A stretch of 62,506 bases of DNA, counting the filler, from an uncultured Chlamydiae bacterium (GTDB taxonomy: Bacteria; Chlamydiota; Chlamydiia; Chlamydiales; SM23-39): the NCBI GenBank assembly GCA_937899275.1. It is 2 parts of 2 records of this genome, joined end to end, with 100 filler letters (N's around TTAATTAATTAA, not from the genome) between each part and the next. Parts side by side here need not be neighbours in the genome. Positions count along the whole stretch, not along the records: positions 1 to 31,236 come from CALBPE010000104.1; 1 more part is not named here. One strand, 5' to 3'. This document shows positions 19,614 through 29,861 of the stretch, one piece after another. The notes under the pieces are model-generated. The model worked only from the letters and a program-made list of their open reading frames with translations. It was not told where the DNA came from and did not search any database. The stretch's first letter is position 1. Every line of letters begins with the position of its first letter. The position numbers were made by a program, and so were the translations under genes.

Positions 19614-20932
19614 GACTTGCAGGCACGTTTAGTCAACTTGCTCCCTTTAAGGCTCTTGTGGTAGGAGATCTTATGCTCGATATTTATACCACAGGATCTA
19701 TCGACAGAATCTCTCCAGAGGCGCCTGTACCTGTTCTTCATATCAAAAAAAGACACCAGAAAGCAGGGGGCGCAGGCAACGTCGCTTTAGGTCTTGTTTC
19801 CCTTGGAGGAAACGTTTCTATTATGGGAAGAGTAGGTCATGATGCAAGCGGGCTTGCGGTAAGAAAGGCGCTGAAGGATGCTGGAGTAGACACCTCCTAT
19901 TTATTCGATGAAAAAGGGGTAATTACCCCATTGAAAAACCGCATTATCGCAGAAAACCAGCAGCTTCTTCGGATTGATGAAGAAACAAAATTTCCTCCTT
20001 CTCAACAAATAGAAGATCAGATGCTCCAAGCGCTGGAAAAAGAAATCGCCTCTTTTTCTATTGTGACGGTTTCTGATTACAATAAAGGAACCCTTACCCC
20101 CCGTCTTTTACAGGGAATTATCGCTATGAGTAATGCTTGCGGTATTCCAGTGGTGTGTGATCCAAAAGGGGTGGATTTTTCTCTATACCAGCGGGCGTTT
20201 ATTGTAAAACCCAACACTAAAGAAGCGTATTTTGCAGCAGGCCTTCCTTCGGAAGCTTCTTTAGATGAGGTGGCAGATGCGTTATTTCAAAAAACGCAAA
20301 GCCCCCATCTTCTGATTACCAAATCGGGAGATGGCATGTCTTTATTTACCCGAAATGGCCCTAGAAAAGATTTTCCTGTTCAAGTTAGAGAAGTGGTTGA
20401 CGTAACAGGAGCAGGAGATACCGTGCTTGCGACTTTATCTGCAGCGATTGCAAGTTCTTTGCCTTTAGATGATGCGGTGCACCTTGCTAATATTTCTGCT
20501 AGTATCGCTATTGAAAAAATGGGCTGCGCTTTAGTGACATTAAGCGATGTGGCAAGGCGCTTATTAGAAACCGATGTGGATAGCAAAGTATTTCATGAAA
20601 CGCATCTATACGCTTTACAAAAAGCGCGTGAAAAGTGCGTTATATCGATATTAGAAGTCGATACAAATGAAGGGATCACTCCCAAGCTTTTGCAAACTAT
20701 CCGAACGATTGCAAAAAGCCCATCAGAAGAGCTTGTATTATATATTCAAGATGATGTTCCCGATGAAGATTTTATCCACGTGCTTTCCTCGTTAAATGAA
20801 GTAGACTTCATTATTTTACGCAAAGAAAGCTTGCAGCATTTATGCCAGTCCATTCGGCCGAAAAAGGTCTATTTTACTAAGAAAAATGAAACGGCGCCCT
20901 CTTGGTTAAGTGCGCTTTCTACTGGAAGCTAA
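19607..20932 (+). CDS. hldE: HldE-like heptose-7-phosphate kinase with a degenerate C-terminal nucleotidyltransferase-like domain
   Basis: VGDLMLD, RISPEAPVPV, SDYNKG, DVTGAGDT; ATG at 19607 overlaps the hldD end. Confidence 0.88.
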   Translation: MVRLAGTFSQLAPFKALVVGDLMLDIYTTGSIDRISPEAPVPVLHIKKRHQKAGGAGNVALGLVSLGGNVSIMGRVGHDASGLAVRKALKDAGVDTSYLFDEKGVITPLKNRIIAENQQLLRIDEETKFPPSQQIEDQMLQALEKEIASFSIVTVSDYNKGTLTPRLLQGIIAMSNACGIPVVCDPKGVDFSLYQRAFIVKPNTKEAYFAAGLPSEASLDEVADALFQKTQSPHLLITKSGDGMSLFTRNGPRKDFPVQVREVVDVTGAGDTVLATLSAAIASSLPLDDAVHLANISASIAIEKMGCALVTLSDVARRLLETDVDSKVFHETHLYALQKAREKCVISILEVDTNEGITPKLLQTIRTIAKSPSEELVLYIQDDVPDEDFIHVLSSLNEVDFIILRKESLQHLCQSIRPKKVYFTKKNETAPSWLSALSTGS

Positions 20933-20939
20933 CCCCTTT

Positions 20940-21992
20940 TTACAGAATTTTTCCTCCACCAAGGCAAACGGCTCCTTGGTAAAGGACAATCGACTGTCCT
21001 GGAGTTGCGGCTCTTTGCGGCTTTTCAAATGTAACAAAAAGCGTACCTTTTTCTGTGAGCTTTGCATAGCACGGCTCTTCTTGTTGTCGGTAGCGTATCT
21101 TTGCTTGGAAATTTCCTGGAAATACAGGCTTTTTATGTACCCAAAATAGGGGAAAAGCTTCAACAAACGAGGTAAACAACTTGGGGTGATTTTCTCCTTG
21201 GCCAACGATCACATGGTTTTTTTCTATATCTTTTCCAATGACAAACCAAGCATCTCCCTGCCCCCCAATACCAAGCCCTTTTCTTTGTCCTATGGTGTAA
21301 AAAGCTGCGCCTAAGTGTATGCCGATCACCACTCCTTTTTCTGTGATGATATCCCCAGGTCTATAGCCTAAATAAGAGCTGACAAATGAGCGAAAATCTC
21401 GTTTTCCTATAAAGCAGATACCGGTGCTATCTTTTTTTTCATGTACAGAGAGTCCGATAGATTGTGCAATACTTCGAACAGCGCTTTTTTCCAAATGACC
21501 AATAGGAAATAAGGTGTTTTCCAGTACTGAAGAAGGGACGGCGTGCAGAAAATAGCTTTGATCTTTTAAAGGATCTTTTCCTTTGAGAAGTTCGCCTAAA
21601 GCGTTTGTTTGGCAGTAGTGGCCTGTAGCGAGCTTTTCTGCGCCTAGTGACTGCGCTTTTTGCCAAAATACGTGAAACTTGATTTTTTGGTTGCAAAGGA
21701 CGTCGGGATTTGGAGTGAGGCCTTTTTTTAGATCAGCTAGAAATTCTGAAAAGACCATTTCACGATATTCGTTTGAAAAGTCCACAGAGTAATAAGGAAT
21801 ACCAATGGCGTCTGCTACGCGGGCTACATCTTCGTAATCTTTTTCAGCAAGGCATGATCCAGAAGGATCTTTTTCTGGCCAGTTTTTCATAAAAAGGCCG
21901 GTAACGTCGTATCCTTGTTGTTTCAGAAGGTAGGCAGAAACAGAAGAATCTACGCCGCCAGACATGCCGACAACAACCTTTTTTTTCTCCAT
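20940..21992 (-). CDS. mnmA: tRNA-specific 2-thiouridylase MnmA
   Basis: MSGGVDSSV, TPNPDVLCN, ATGHY, KDQSYFL, DSTGICFIG. Confidence 0.97.
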   Translation of the reverse strand: MEKKKVVVGMSGGVDSSVSAYLLKQQGYDVTGLFMKNWPEKDPSGSCLAEKDYEDVARVADAIGIPYYSVDFSNEYREMVFSEFLADLKKGLTPNPDVLCNQKIKFHVFWQKAQSLGAEKLATGHYCQTNALGELLKGKDPLKDQSYFLHAVPSSVLENTLFPIGHLEKSAVRSIAQSIGLSVHEKKDSTGICFIGKRDFRSFVSSYLGYRPGDIITEKGVVIGIHLGAAFYTIGQRKGLGIGGQGDAWFVIGKDIEKNHVIVGQGENHPKLFTSFVEAFPLFWVHKKPVFPGNFQAKIRYRQQEEPCYAKLTEKGTLFVTFEKPQRAATPGQSIVLYQGAVCLGGGKIL

Positions 21993-21995
21993 CGA

Positions 21996-22904
21996 TTACA
22001 GCGCCTTTAGCCGTGCAATTCTTTCTTGTAGAGGAGGGTGAGAGGCAAATAGCTGCAAAACGCCTCCTTTAGAAGAAGAGATTTTCAACGCATTGAACGC
22101 AGCTTTTCCTTCTTGACGTGCTATCGAGGATTTTTGAGAAGAGGTTTTTTTCTGTAAGGAGGCAAGAGATTCTAAAGCAGAGATCATCTTTTCTTTTGTG
22201 GAAAGCTTAGCAGCTCCATAATCGGCTCTGTATTCTCGAAAACGGGAAAAAGCAGATACAACGATCGAGCCGATCATCATGAAGCATATCTCAAATGCGT
22301 ATACCAAGAGGTAATAGCTCATATAAGAGCCTCTTTTTTCGTTTTTACCAATTCCAGATACGCCGTAGGCAGCGATGCGAGCTAAGAAAAGGACAAAAGC
22401 GTTGATCACGCCTTGTAAAAGCGTCATAGTCACCATATCGCCATTTTTAATGTGGGATAGTTCATGGGCTACTACCGCCTCAATTTCTTCCATAGGCATG
22501 GTATCGATCATTCCTTGGGAAAGCGCGACTAACGCATGTTTTTTAGAGGGGCCTGTAGCAAAAGCGTTTACCTCTTTTCCAGGATAAATCCCTACTTCTG
22601 GCATGGGAAGAGACGCTTTTTTTGCTAGCGTTTCGACCATGTCGAAAAGGGGCTTATGTGTAAAAGAAGAGGGGTGGATGATGCGTACTTTCATAATCCA
22701 AACCGCCATTTTTTTCGATAGGAGTAAAGAGATCACCGATCCGATCATGCCCCATAGAAAACAAAATAAGGCAAGAGACCTATAGTTTAATCCTGTAGAT
22801 TGCAGAAAAGGTCCCACTTGAAATAAACGCAGAATTGTCGAAATGGTAAGGACAATGAAAAAGTTTACAATTAAAAATAGGGAAATTCTTTTAATGAACG
22901 ACAT
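21996..22904 (-). CDS. htpX: Membrane zinc metalloprotease HtpX
   Basis: NAFATG, AHELSHIKNGDMVT, SRFREYRAD, SHPPL. Confidence 0.95.
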   Translation of the reverse strand: MSFIKRISLFLIVNFFIVLTISTILRLFQVGPFLQSTGLNYRSLALFCFLWGMIGSVISLLLSKKMAVWIMKVRIIHPSSFTHKPLFDMVETLAKKASLPMPEVGIYPGKEVNAFATGPSKKHALVALSQGMIDTMPMEEIEAVVAHELSHIKNGDMVTMTLLQGVINAFVLFLARIAAYGVSGIGKNEKRGSYMSYYLLVYAFEICFMMIGSIVVSAFSRFREYRADYGAAKLSTKEKMISALESLASLQKKTSSQKSSIARQEGKAAFNALKISSSKGGVLQLFASHPPLQERIARLKAL

Positions 22905-23166
22905 AAACACCTCTAAATCTTTCTAATTAAACCGCAAAAATGCGCAATTGTCAAGGATAAAGTTATTTTGTCATACGCCATTTTCCGTGTAAAAAATTTG
23001 TACGCACTATTTTAGCTATTCTGTATGATTCGGCCGTGTTTTTGTACGAAAATTTTTCATTTTGGATTGCAAAGTATCGATTTCTGGGGCAATGTACAAA
23101 AGGTAGATGTAGAAAACCGCCTTTAGAATAGCTTCTAAAGGGGATATCCAGTATTTTGAGAGGTTT

Positions 23167-23409
23167 ATGAAAAAATGCAAAATAGTAGAAATGCAAGCAG
23201 ATCAAGAACTTTCTTTAAGACGCATGAAAAAGCGCCTTCGGGAGCAACATGCCTGTTATGTATTGATTACATGTCAGGAACCTTCTTCTGATGGAGAAAT
23301 GCAAGTGGAAATGTCTTACGAAGGCGATGAAGCGTTGGCCGCTTATCTCGTAGAAAGCGCGTCGGCAGCTTTTGCTGCGTCTCTTGAAGATAAAACGACT
23401 ACTCACTAA
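23167..23409 (+). CDS. Small acidic hypothetical protein
   Basis: 80-aa ORF with GAGG SD, co-oriented with the downstream peptidase. Confidence 0.65.
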   Translation: MKKCKIVEMQADQELSLRRMKKRLREQHACYVLITCQEPSSDGEMQVEMSYEGDEALAAYLVESASAAFAASLEDKTTTH

Positions 23410-23441
23410 GCTTACAATCAGATTGAATAAATGATGATGAT

Positions 23442-24839
23442 ATGAGCCTATCTTCTCTTACCGACTGGTATAACCGTAATAAAGAGGCTATTGAAACCTC
23501 TTATCTACACTTTTTGCGTATTCCTTCTATTAGTACAGATCCTTCTTATGCACAACAAGTGGCAATAGCTGCCAATTGGGTGCAAAGGTTTTTAGAGGAT
23601 AGCTCTTTTGAAACGCAGCTGATACAAACGAAAGGTCATCCTTTAGTCTTTGCTCAAAAATATGTAGATGAAAAGCTGCCTACTCTACTTTTATATGGTC
23701 ATTACGATGTACAACCTGCAGATCCGATCCAAGAGTGGCTTCACGATCCTTTTGAGCCTTATGTCAAAGATGGCCTGGTTTATGCTAGGGGAGCGCAGGA
23801 TAATAAAGGGCAGCTCATCTATGTTTTGCATGCGCTAAGAGCGCTGCAAGACTTGCATCAGAAGTTGGGCTGCAATTTGAAAATCCTTGTCGAAGGAGAA
23901 GAGGAAATTGGAAGCCCTTCTCTAGTGCATACTCTTCCTGCTATCGAAAAAATGATTGCAGCAGATCACTTGTTGGTTGTAGATGGCGGTCTACTTTCTT
24001 TAGATAACCCAAGTATTTCTTTAGGGTGTAGGGGCATTATTGCTTTCGAAGTAGCAATCCAAGGATCTAACCGAGATCTTCATTCAGGTAGCTACGGCAA
24101 TGTAGCTTACAATCCCCATAGAGCGTTAATTCAGCTATTAAATACTTTATGGACTAAAGAAGGTAGCGTTGCTGTAGCTGGATTTTACGACGACGTTTCT
24201 CCTATTGAGGATTTGACGCCATTTACTTTTCCTACATTTAGTTTAGACGGAGAAGAGGGGCTAAAGGCTTTTTGGGAGGAAGAGGGGCATCCAAAAGAAA
24301 AGGCAGTTATGCTGCGCCCTTCTGTAGAAGTGCATGGCATTTCTGGTGGGTATACAGGTAAAGGATCAAAAACTGTGATCGCTAAAAGCGCTTCTGCCAA
24401 GCTTTCTTGCCGCCTGATTTCTGGGCAAAACCCTGAAAAGATTTACGAGCTTTTGGTAAAGCACCTGCGCGCATTTTGCCCCAAGGGAGTGATCTTAAGC
24501 GTCGAAAAGCATGGCCTTGGAAAGCCATTTTTTACTTCGCCTGAAGTAGATATAGTGAAGATTGCAGAAGCCGCTTACACCGAGGTATTTAATAGACCTT
24601 GCGTAAAAACTCTTGCGGGAGGATCTATCCCTATTGCAGCCGACGTCAGCGCTTATGCAGGCGCAGATCCTATTATTATTGGTATGGGCCTTGCTTCTGA
24701 TGCTATTCATGCTCCTAACGAACATTTTTCCTTAGACCGCTTAGAAAAAGGATTTTCTGTTGTCGCAAGAATCATAGAACTGTTAGGATCACAGTATGGG
24801 GATAGAAATGATCGAGTCCAATCTAAAAAATACTCGTAG
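23442..24839 (+). CDS. M20-family dipeptidase (ArgE/DapE-like)
   Basis: YGHYDVQP, ARGAQDNKGQ, EGEEE, DLHSG, IHAPNE. Confidence 0.93.
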   Translation: MSLSSLTDWYNRNKEAIETSYLHFLRIPSISTDPSYAQQVAIAANWVQRFLEDSSFETQLIQTKGHPLVFAQKYVDEKLPTLLLYGHYDVQPADPIQEWLHDPFEPYVKDGLVYARGAQDNKGQLIYVLHALRALQDLHQKLGCNLKILVEGEEEIGSPSLVHTLPAIEKMIAADHLLVVDGGLLSLDNPSISLGCRGIIAFEVAIQGSNRDLHSGSYGNVAYNPHRALIQLLNTLWTKEGSVAVAGFYDDVSPIEDLTPFTFPTFSLDGEEGLKAFWEEEGHPKEKAVMLRPSVEVHGISGGYTGKGSKTVIAKSASAKLSCRLISGQNPEKIYELLVKHLRAFCPKGVILSVEKHGLGKPFFTSPEVDIVKIAEAAYTEVFNRPCVKTLAGGSIPIAADVSAYAGADPIIIGMGLASDAIHAPNEHFSLDRLEKGFSVVARIIELLGSQYGDRNDRVQSKKYS

Positions 24840-25839
24840 TGCGCTGAGAAAAAAATCTTACGCTATTTTTATTGCAGCGGCGCTTCTTTTTTCTACTGCG
24901 ATGTTATCTTTTCAAGAAGGGATGGGAACGGCCTTTTTCCTTGTCTTTACTATAGGCGCATTTTGCTCCGTTTTTTTTCCCAAAAAATCAAGCCAGCTTC
25001 TTCCCTTTTTTTTCATCGGAAGCCTTGTTTTTCTCCTGTTTTTATATTTAGGATCTGCAGGCTCGGCTAAAACCTCCCAAAACCTTTGGTATGCGGGCCT
25101 TTATGTCGCTTGTTTTTTATCGCTTTTTGCTATGAGCGTATCTTTAGAAGAGGCTCTGCAAATCTTTGAAAATGCAGGAGGCAGCCAGCAAGAGCTCCAA
25201 CAGCAAGAAGACGCTAAAGCGTTGCAGCAAGCATTAGAGAAGGCAAAATCTGATTTTTCCGAGTGGAAAAATACCGCTTTAGCTCTAGAGCAAACCGTTT
25301 CTAACTGGAAAGAAAAATACTATCAAATGCAAGACGATTTTTCCCAAAAACAGCGTATGCTACAAGGGGAAAAGCAAGCATTAGAAAAAGCTCTTCACGC
25401 AAAAAAAGATGCAGTCGATGGATCACTATTAGAAGATCTATCGGATATAAAAAAAGAAAAAGCCCGGTTACAAGAAGAGCTCCAACTAAAAGAAGAAGAA
25501 CTGATCGCCCGTGCTTTTAGCTTAAATAGATTGAAAGATACAGAAGCAAAGTACTTTCAGCTACGGCAACAATTTTCTGAGAAAACTACTCTTGTAGAAA
25601 CGTTAAGAGGAGAGCTTTTTCATGCAGAAGAAGAAGTTCTTCGGTTAACAAAAGAAAAAAACGAGGGAAAATTTCTGATCACAGAAGAAATAGAGCAGCT
25701 ACTACAAACAGCTTTTCGACAAGAAGAAGAGATCTTTCGTCTGCAAGATACAGAAAAAGAGCTCTTTTCCCTAGTCGATGCGTTAAATAAGCAGCTTCTT
25801 TGCCTCAAACAGTCAAAATTTCATAACCAGTCTTTGTAA
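24796..25839 (+). CDS. Membrane protein with about 4 N-terminal TM helices and a long coiled coil
   Basis: Hydrophobic segments in the first 120 aa, then E/Q/K-rich heptad-like sequence. Confidence 0.8.
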   Translation: MGIEMIESNLKNTRSALRKKSYAIFIAAALLFSTAMLSFQEGMGTAFFLVFTIGAFCSVFFPKKSSQLLPFFFIGSLVFLLFLYLGSAGSAKTSQNLWYAGLYVACFLSLFAMSVSLEEALQIFENAGGSQQELQQQEDAKALQQALEKAKSDFSEWKNTALALEQTVSNWKEKYYQMQDDFSQKQRMLQGEKQALEKALHAKKDAVDGSLLEDLSDIKKEKARLQEELQLKEEELIARAFSLNRLKDTEAKYFQLRQQFSEKTTLVETLRGELFHAEEEVLRLTKEKNEGKFLITEEIEQLLQTAFRQEEEIFRLQDTEKELFSLVDALNKQLLCLKQSKFHNQSL

Positions 25840-26668
25840 TTAAGACGGTATGCTCAAATTGCGCGGAGGGTTTTCCGTCAATTGTTCTTGCCGTCCACTG
25901 ATCTTTAGGATCGATGACCGCATCGGGGCGCCCTGCATTAATCATCGGCTCGATGGTAAATGTCATCCCCTCTACAAGGGGAGCTGTTTTATGGTTATTG
26001 GCATGGTGGCATACTTGAGGCGCTTCATGAAAATGTAGGCCCACACCATGCCCTACAAATTGATGGACAACAGAAAAGCCTTCTTTTGCCGCTTCTCGTT
26101 CGATCACCTGACCGATTTCTCTAAGATCCATACCAGGTTTTAAGATCTTGATCGATTCATCTAAAGAGGTCTTTGCGCAGGCAACAACTTTCTTTTTCTC
26201 TTCACTTACCTCTCCTATCATCACCATCGTGGAAAGGTCTCCATAATATCCATCTACAATTGAGGCGATATCGATGTTCATGATGTCGCCATTTTCTAAC
26301 GGGCGATCATCTGCAATACCATGACAAATCACCTCGTTTAATGAAAAGCAAGCAGCACAAGGGTAGGGGGGAGAGCCGTAGTTTAAGGCAGCAGGTATCG
26401 CCCCTTTTTCTTTATGAAGGCGGCGGCAAAGTGCATCTAAGGTGTTTGTCGTAACGCCTTTTTTTGCTGCAGAAACCAGTTCTTGTAAGACAGATTTTGC
26501 GAATTGACAGGCATTTCGTATACCGATGATTTCTTCTTCTGTTTTTAGAAGAATCCCATGTCTTTCTTTGTATTCTTTGCGCGTATTTAAGCGGCTTTTC
26601 TCTGGGTAATGGCATTTTTTCCATTTTTTATTTGATCCACACCAGCAAGGATCATTTCTCGAGGTCAT
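25805..26668 (-). CDS. map: Methionine aminopeptidase type I with N-terminal SEC-C motif
   Basis: RNDPCWCGSNKKWKKCH; NEVICHGI, GHGVG..FHE, FTIEPM, QFEHT. Confidence 0.96.
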   Translation of the reverse strand: MTSRNDPCWCGSNKKWKKCHYPEKSRLNTRKEYKERHGILLKTEEEIIGIRNACQFAKSVLQELVSAAKKGVTTNTLDALCRRLHKEKGAIPAALNYGSPPYPCAACFSLNEVICHGIADDRPLENGDIMNIDIASIVDGYYGDLSTMVMIGEVSEEKKKVVACAKTSLDESIKILKPGMDLREIGQVIEREAAKEGFSVVHQFVGHGVGLHFHEAPQVCHHANNHKTAPLVEGMTFTIEPMINAGRPDAVIDPKDQWTARTIDGKPSAQFEHTVLITKTGYEILTV

Positions 26669-26678
26669 ATGCCCTCCT

Positions 26679-27416
26679 TCAAGTTTTTTTTGTATATGTA
26701 ATCGTTTCTAGGGTTAAGCCTAGTGCAGGAGCGGACATACCTGCAGATTTTCTATCGGTTTTGATAAATAGATGTGCAATTTCCTTTAGATCGATCCTAC
26801 CTGCACCAAAATACAATAACGTGCCTGCGATAGTTCGGGCCATTTTATATAAAAACCTGTTTGCCGTTATTTTAAGCGTGTACAGCCCCTTTTTTTCTTC
26901 TATTGCAATTGCCGTTACATTGCATAGCGGGTTTTCCGCTATTTCGGTGGAAAAAGCTTGGTAGTTTTTTTCTCCTAAAAATAGGGGAATAGCCGCCTGC
27001 ATGTCTTGCACCATCTTTTTAGGAAAATGCCAGTAATATAGCCTTTCATGAGGTAGAAGGATAGGCTTTGTCGATACTTGGTAGCGGTAAGTTTTTTCTA
27101 CAGCATCTAAGCTTGGATGAAAGGAGGGAGCTACTTTTTCTACCGATACCACACGAATATCTGAAGGTAAAAGGCGGTTGAGACTCGCCTGAAATTTTCC
27201 TTCATCCAATGCGCGTTTGGTAAAAAACTGGACGACTTGTCCCTGAGCATGCACACCTCGATCGGTTCTGCTAGCGCCTTGAACTTTTACTGGATGCTGC
27301 AAAGGAATCGCAATCGCTTTTTCCAGCGCTTCTTGAATCGTAGGTTTTCCAGCCGCTTTTTGGAAACCGAAATACTCTTTTCCATCGTAAGCAACGATCA
27401 ATTGGATGTTATTCAT
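26679..27416 (-). CDS. truA: tRNA pseudouridine(38-40) synthase
   Basis: YDGKEYFGFQ, ASRTDRGVHA, FLYKMAR, APALGL. Confidence 0.96.
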   Translation of the reverse strand: MNNIQLIVAYDGKEYFGFQKAAGKPTIQEALEKAIAIPLQHPVKVQGASRTDRGVHAQGQVVQFFTKRALDEGKFQASLNRLLPSDIRVVSVEKVAPSFHPSLDAVEKTYRYQVSTKPILLPHERLYYWHFPKKMVQDMQAAIPLFLGEKNYQAFSTEIAENPLCNVTAIAIEEKKGLYTLKITANRFLYKMARTIAGTLLYFGAGRIDLKEIAHLFIKTDRKSAGMSAPALGLTLETITYTKKT

Positions 27417-27646
27417 ATTCTTCCGTTAACACGTAAGAAATTATCCACTGAACAGAGGGATTTTTTCAAGAAATAGCAAAAAGCGCGGCTAGTCTCAATA
27501 GAAATCTCGTAGATATTCTTCCTATTTTATTGAGTAACCATTTCTATAAAAAATTTTTAATTTTTCTAGCAAGGGATTTTTTAAAGCAATTTATTACAAA
27601 GTTTTTATATAGTGTACACATATTTTTTAATTAGAGAGGTTTTTTT

Positions 27647-28135
27647 ATGCGTATAAATAGATTAGTACAATGTCTTGTTAGCGCCTGCGCTGCTTCATCA
27701 GTATATGGATGGAATGCGTATCGCTATGTTCCTCGCTATAACCCCCACGGAGCGTTGGTAGGAACTAAGCCGTATAGTAGCCTACCTACCGGTCAATTAT
27801 CTACTCGTTTCGGTGTTCGCGACGTGCACTGTATTCCCTGTAGCTCTCAGCCTAATGGTCTAAATTCTGGACTAGAAAAGCTGTACCCGCCTAGTTCCAA
27901 TGATCAAATTATTGAGGTGTTTCGAGTAGATGAAGGTAGAGTGCGCCAGTTAGACTCGATGTCAATGAGTGATCTACAGAATCTACGAAAATCTTCTAAA
28001 TGGACCTATTGTGAAGGTCCTAAAGGCAGGTATCGTGCGGTTGTTTTTTCAGATAATCCACGTAAAAAACAAGATTGCGATATTGTGCGATTATATCACT
28101 TGCTCAAAAGCATCCCAGATATGAGCCCTGATTAA
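27647..28135 (+). CDS. Hypothetical protein, possibly secreted
   Basis: 162-aa ORF with GAGG SD and AT-rich upstream region; signal-peptide-like N-terminus. Confidence 0.6.
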   Translation: MRINRLVQCLVSACAASSVYGWNAYRYVPRYNPHGALVGTKPYSSLPTGQLSTRFGVRDVHCIPCSSQPNGLNSGLEKLYPPSSNDQIIEVFRVDEGRVRQLDSMSMSDLQNLRKSSKWTYCEGPKGRYRAVVFSDNPRKKQDCDIVRLYHLLKSIPDMSPD

Positions 28136-28156
28136 CAGGAAATATTCTAGCTCTTT

Positions 28157-28732
28157 TTAAGCTCCTTGGATGCCTTGCATGAACATTTCCACTGCGATAA
28201 GCGTCAGGACAAGGCCCATGAGTTTTTCAAGAGCGTTGATCCCTTTTTCTCCAAGAGCGCGTGATAATACCGGGGAAAGTAGGAGTACAAAAAGAGAGGC
28301 GAGCCAGGCGCATGTGATGCTTGCCATCATGATGAGGTGGTTACTTTGCTGTTTTGAATAGATGATGACAGCTGCTAGTACCGCAGGTCCAGCTACCAAA
28401 GGAATCGCTAATGGCACAATAAACGGCTCGCTTGTCTCACTTACCTCAGGCTCCATTTGCGGTATGGGAAAAATCATCTTGATCGATAGGAGAAATAACA
28501 CAATACCTCCTGCGATTTTTACCGTATTTGCCGAGATATCTAAAAATAAAAGAAAGGGCTCTCCTACAAAATTGAAGGCTAAAATCAAGACAAGGGCAAT
28601 GCACATTTCCCTGAAAATGATTTTTCTTTGCCTATTGACCGGGATTTTACGTAAAAGCGCGGTGTAAAGGGGGATGTTGCCCGGAGCGTCCATGAGTATG
28701 AAAAATTTAAAGGCAAGTAAAAATACAATCAC
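28157..28732 (-). CDS. MarC family membrane protein
   Basis: MDAPGNIP, IAGGIVLF, VPLAIPLVAGP, KLMGLVL. Confidence 0.92.
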   Translation of the reverse strand: MIVFLLAFKFFILMDAPGNIPLYTALLRKIPVNRQRKIIFREMCIALVLILAFNFVGEPFLLFLDISANTVKIAGGIVLFLLSIKMIFPIPQMEPEVSETSEPFIVPLAIPLVAGPAVLAAVIIYSKQQSNHLIMMASITCAWLASLFVLLLSPVLSRALGEKGINALEKLMGLVLTLIAVEMFMQGIQGA

Positions 28733-28823
28733 GCAAATAACCTATTTGAGGCTTCTAATTTGTATTTAAAAAAAACGAGACTTTTTCGGGATCTTTTTTT
28801 GCATACTTCGATGAAAAAAAGAT

Positions 28824-29861
28824 TTAAGGCCGGGTAGACTTTGCTTTATCACTCCGAATCAACCTACGCCAAAGAGAGCGCATCAAATTTTTTTGCTCAT
28901 CACTCATATTATGCAAAATAAGAAAAGAATCTTGGTTTTTGTAAAAAGCAGATTTAGTCCAGTTTGCCGATCCTAAGATCAAATGGCGGCCATCTACCCA
29001 TAAAAATTTATGGTGTAGTAAAGAAGAGCCTGTATTGACCATCACATCAATACCTGCATGTTCTAAACGTTTGATAGCCGCATGACTCGATCCCAGCCAA
29101 GCGTTTTTATCGATAGCTACTGTGACTTTTACGCCTCTTGTTTGTGCATCGATGATTGCATCGACAAGAGCGGGGTGGGTGAAGGTAAACATCGCCACTT
29201 GTAAAGATTTTTTTGCTTCTCGAATACGATCTTTAATTGCTTGTATTGCGTAGCCTCGAGGATCGGGAAGAAGGTAGAGCTCAACCCACTGTGAGCCCAC
29301 AAGCGTTTTGATATGGCCCGATTTATACGGCGTGCGGCTCGTTAAAAAACGGGCGATTTTTGGACTGACCATTCCGATGACTAAATTATCGTGCATTTCA
29401 AGAGAGCTCTTGGTCATATTGGCAGAGCCTAGAAAAACCATTGCTTCATCAATTACCAAGATTTTTTGATGCATCAATCCTCGACTTGGCACAGGATGAG
29501 GAAAAAAATGGGAGTTGATTTTACGAAAACGGGGAGAGGCGGAAGGATCGTAATAGATATGGCAATCAACCAAGTCTTCCGAAGACTTTTTGATGAGCTT
29601 TTGTAAAATAGAGCGTTCTTTTAATCCAAACATGACCAAATGGATGGACTCTTTTGCCTGCTCCATGGCGCTAACTGCGAGAAGACGCAGGTCTACATTG
29701 CACTGATTTGAGTAAAGTACAGGGGGTTTTCCCGGATTGGGCAGCTTAGGATATAGTGCAAAATAAAAGGTATAACAAAGATATATTGTGCAGGTCACAA
29801 CAAAGGTGCACGCTGCACATTTTTGTATAACGGAATGTTTGCGCCTCAGGAGATTAAACAC
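28824..29861 (-). CDS. Phospholipase D superfamily protein (two HKD motifs)
   Basis: HQKILVID...GSAN and HHKFLWVD...GSANW; N-terminal TM segment. Confidence 0.92.
   Translation of the reverse strand: MFNLLRRKHSVIQKCAACTFVVTCTIYLCYTFYFALYPKLPNPGKPPVLYSNQCNVDLRLLAVSAMEQAKESIHLVMFGLKERSILQKLIKKSSEDLVDCHIYYDPSASPRFRKINSHFFPHPVPSRGLMHQKILVIDEAMVFLGSANMTKSSLEMHDNLVIGMVSPKIARFLTSRTPYKSGHIKTLVGSQWVELYLLPDPRGYAIQAIKDRIREAKKSLQVAMFTFTHPALVDAIIDAQTRGVKVTVAIDKNAWLGSSHAAIKRLEHAGIDVMVNTGSSLLHHKFLWVDGRHLILGSANWTKSAFYKNQDSFLILHNMSDEQKNLMRSLWRRLIRSDKAKSTRP

Noticed and set aside
25805..26668. SEC-C zinc motif fused to methionine aminopeptidase
   Set aside because: Already known in chlamydial and other bacterial Map proteins.
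28824..29861. PLD-family protein as a defence nuclease or toxin
   Set aside because: Membrane-anchored two-HKD protein overlapping rpmB in a housekeeping context; PLD-family genes are common in chlamydiae and no defence partners are adjacent.
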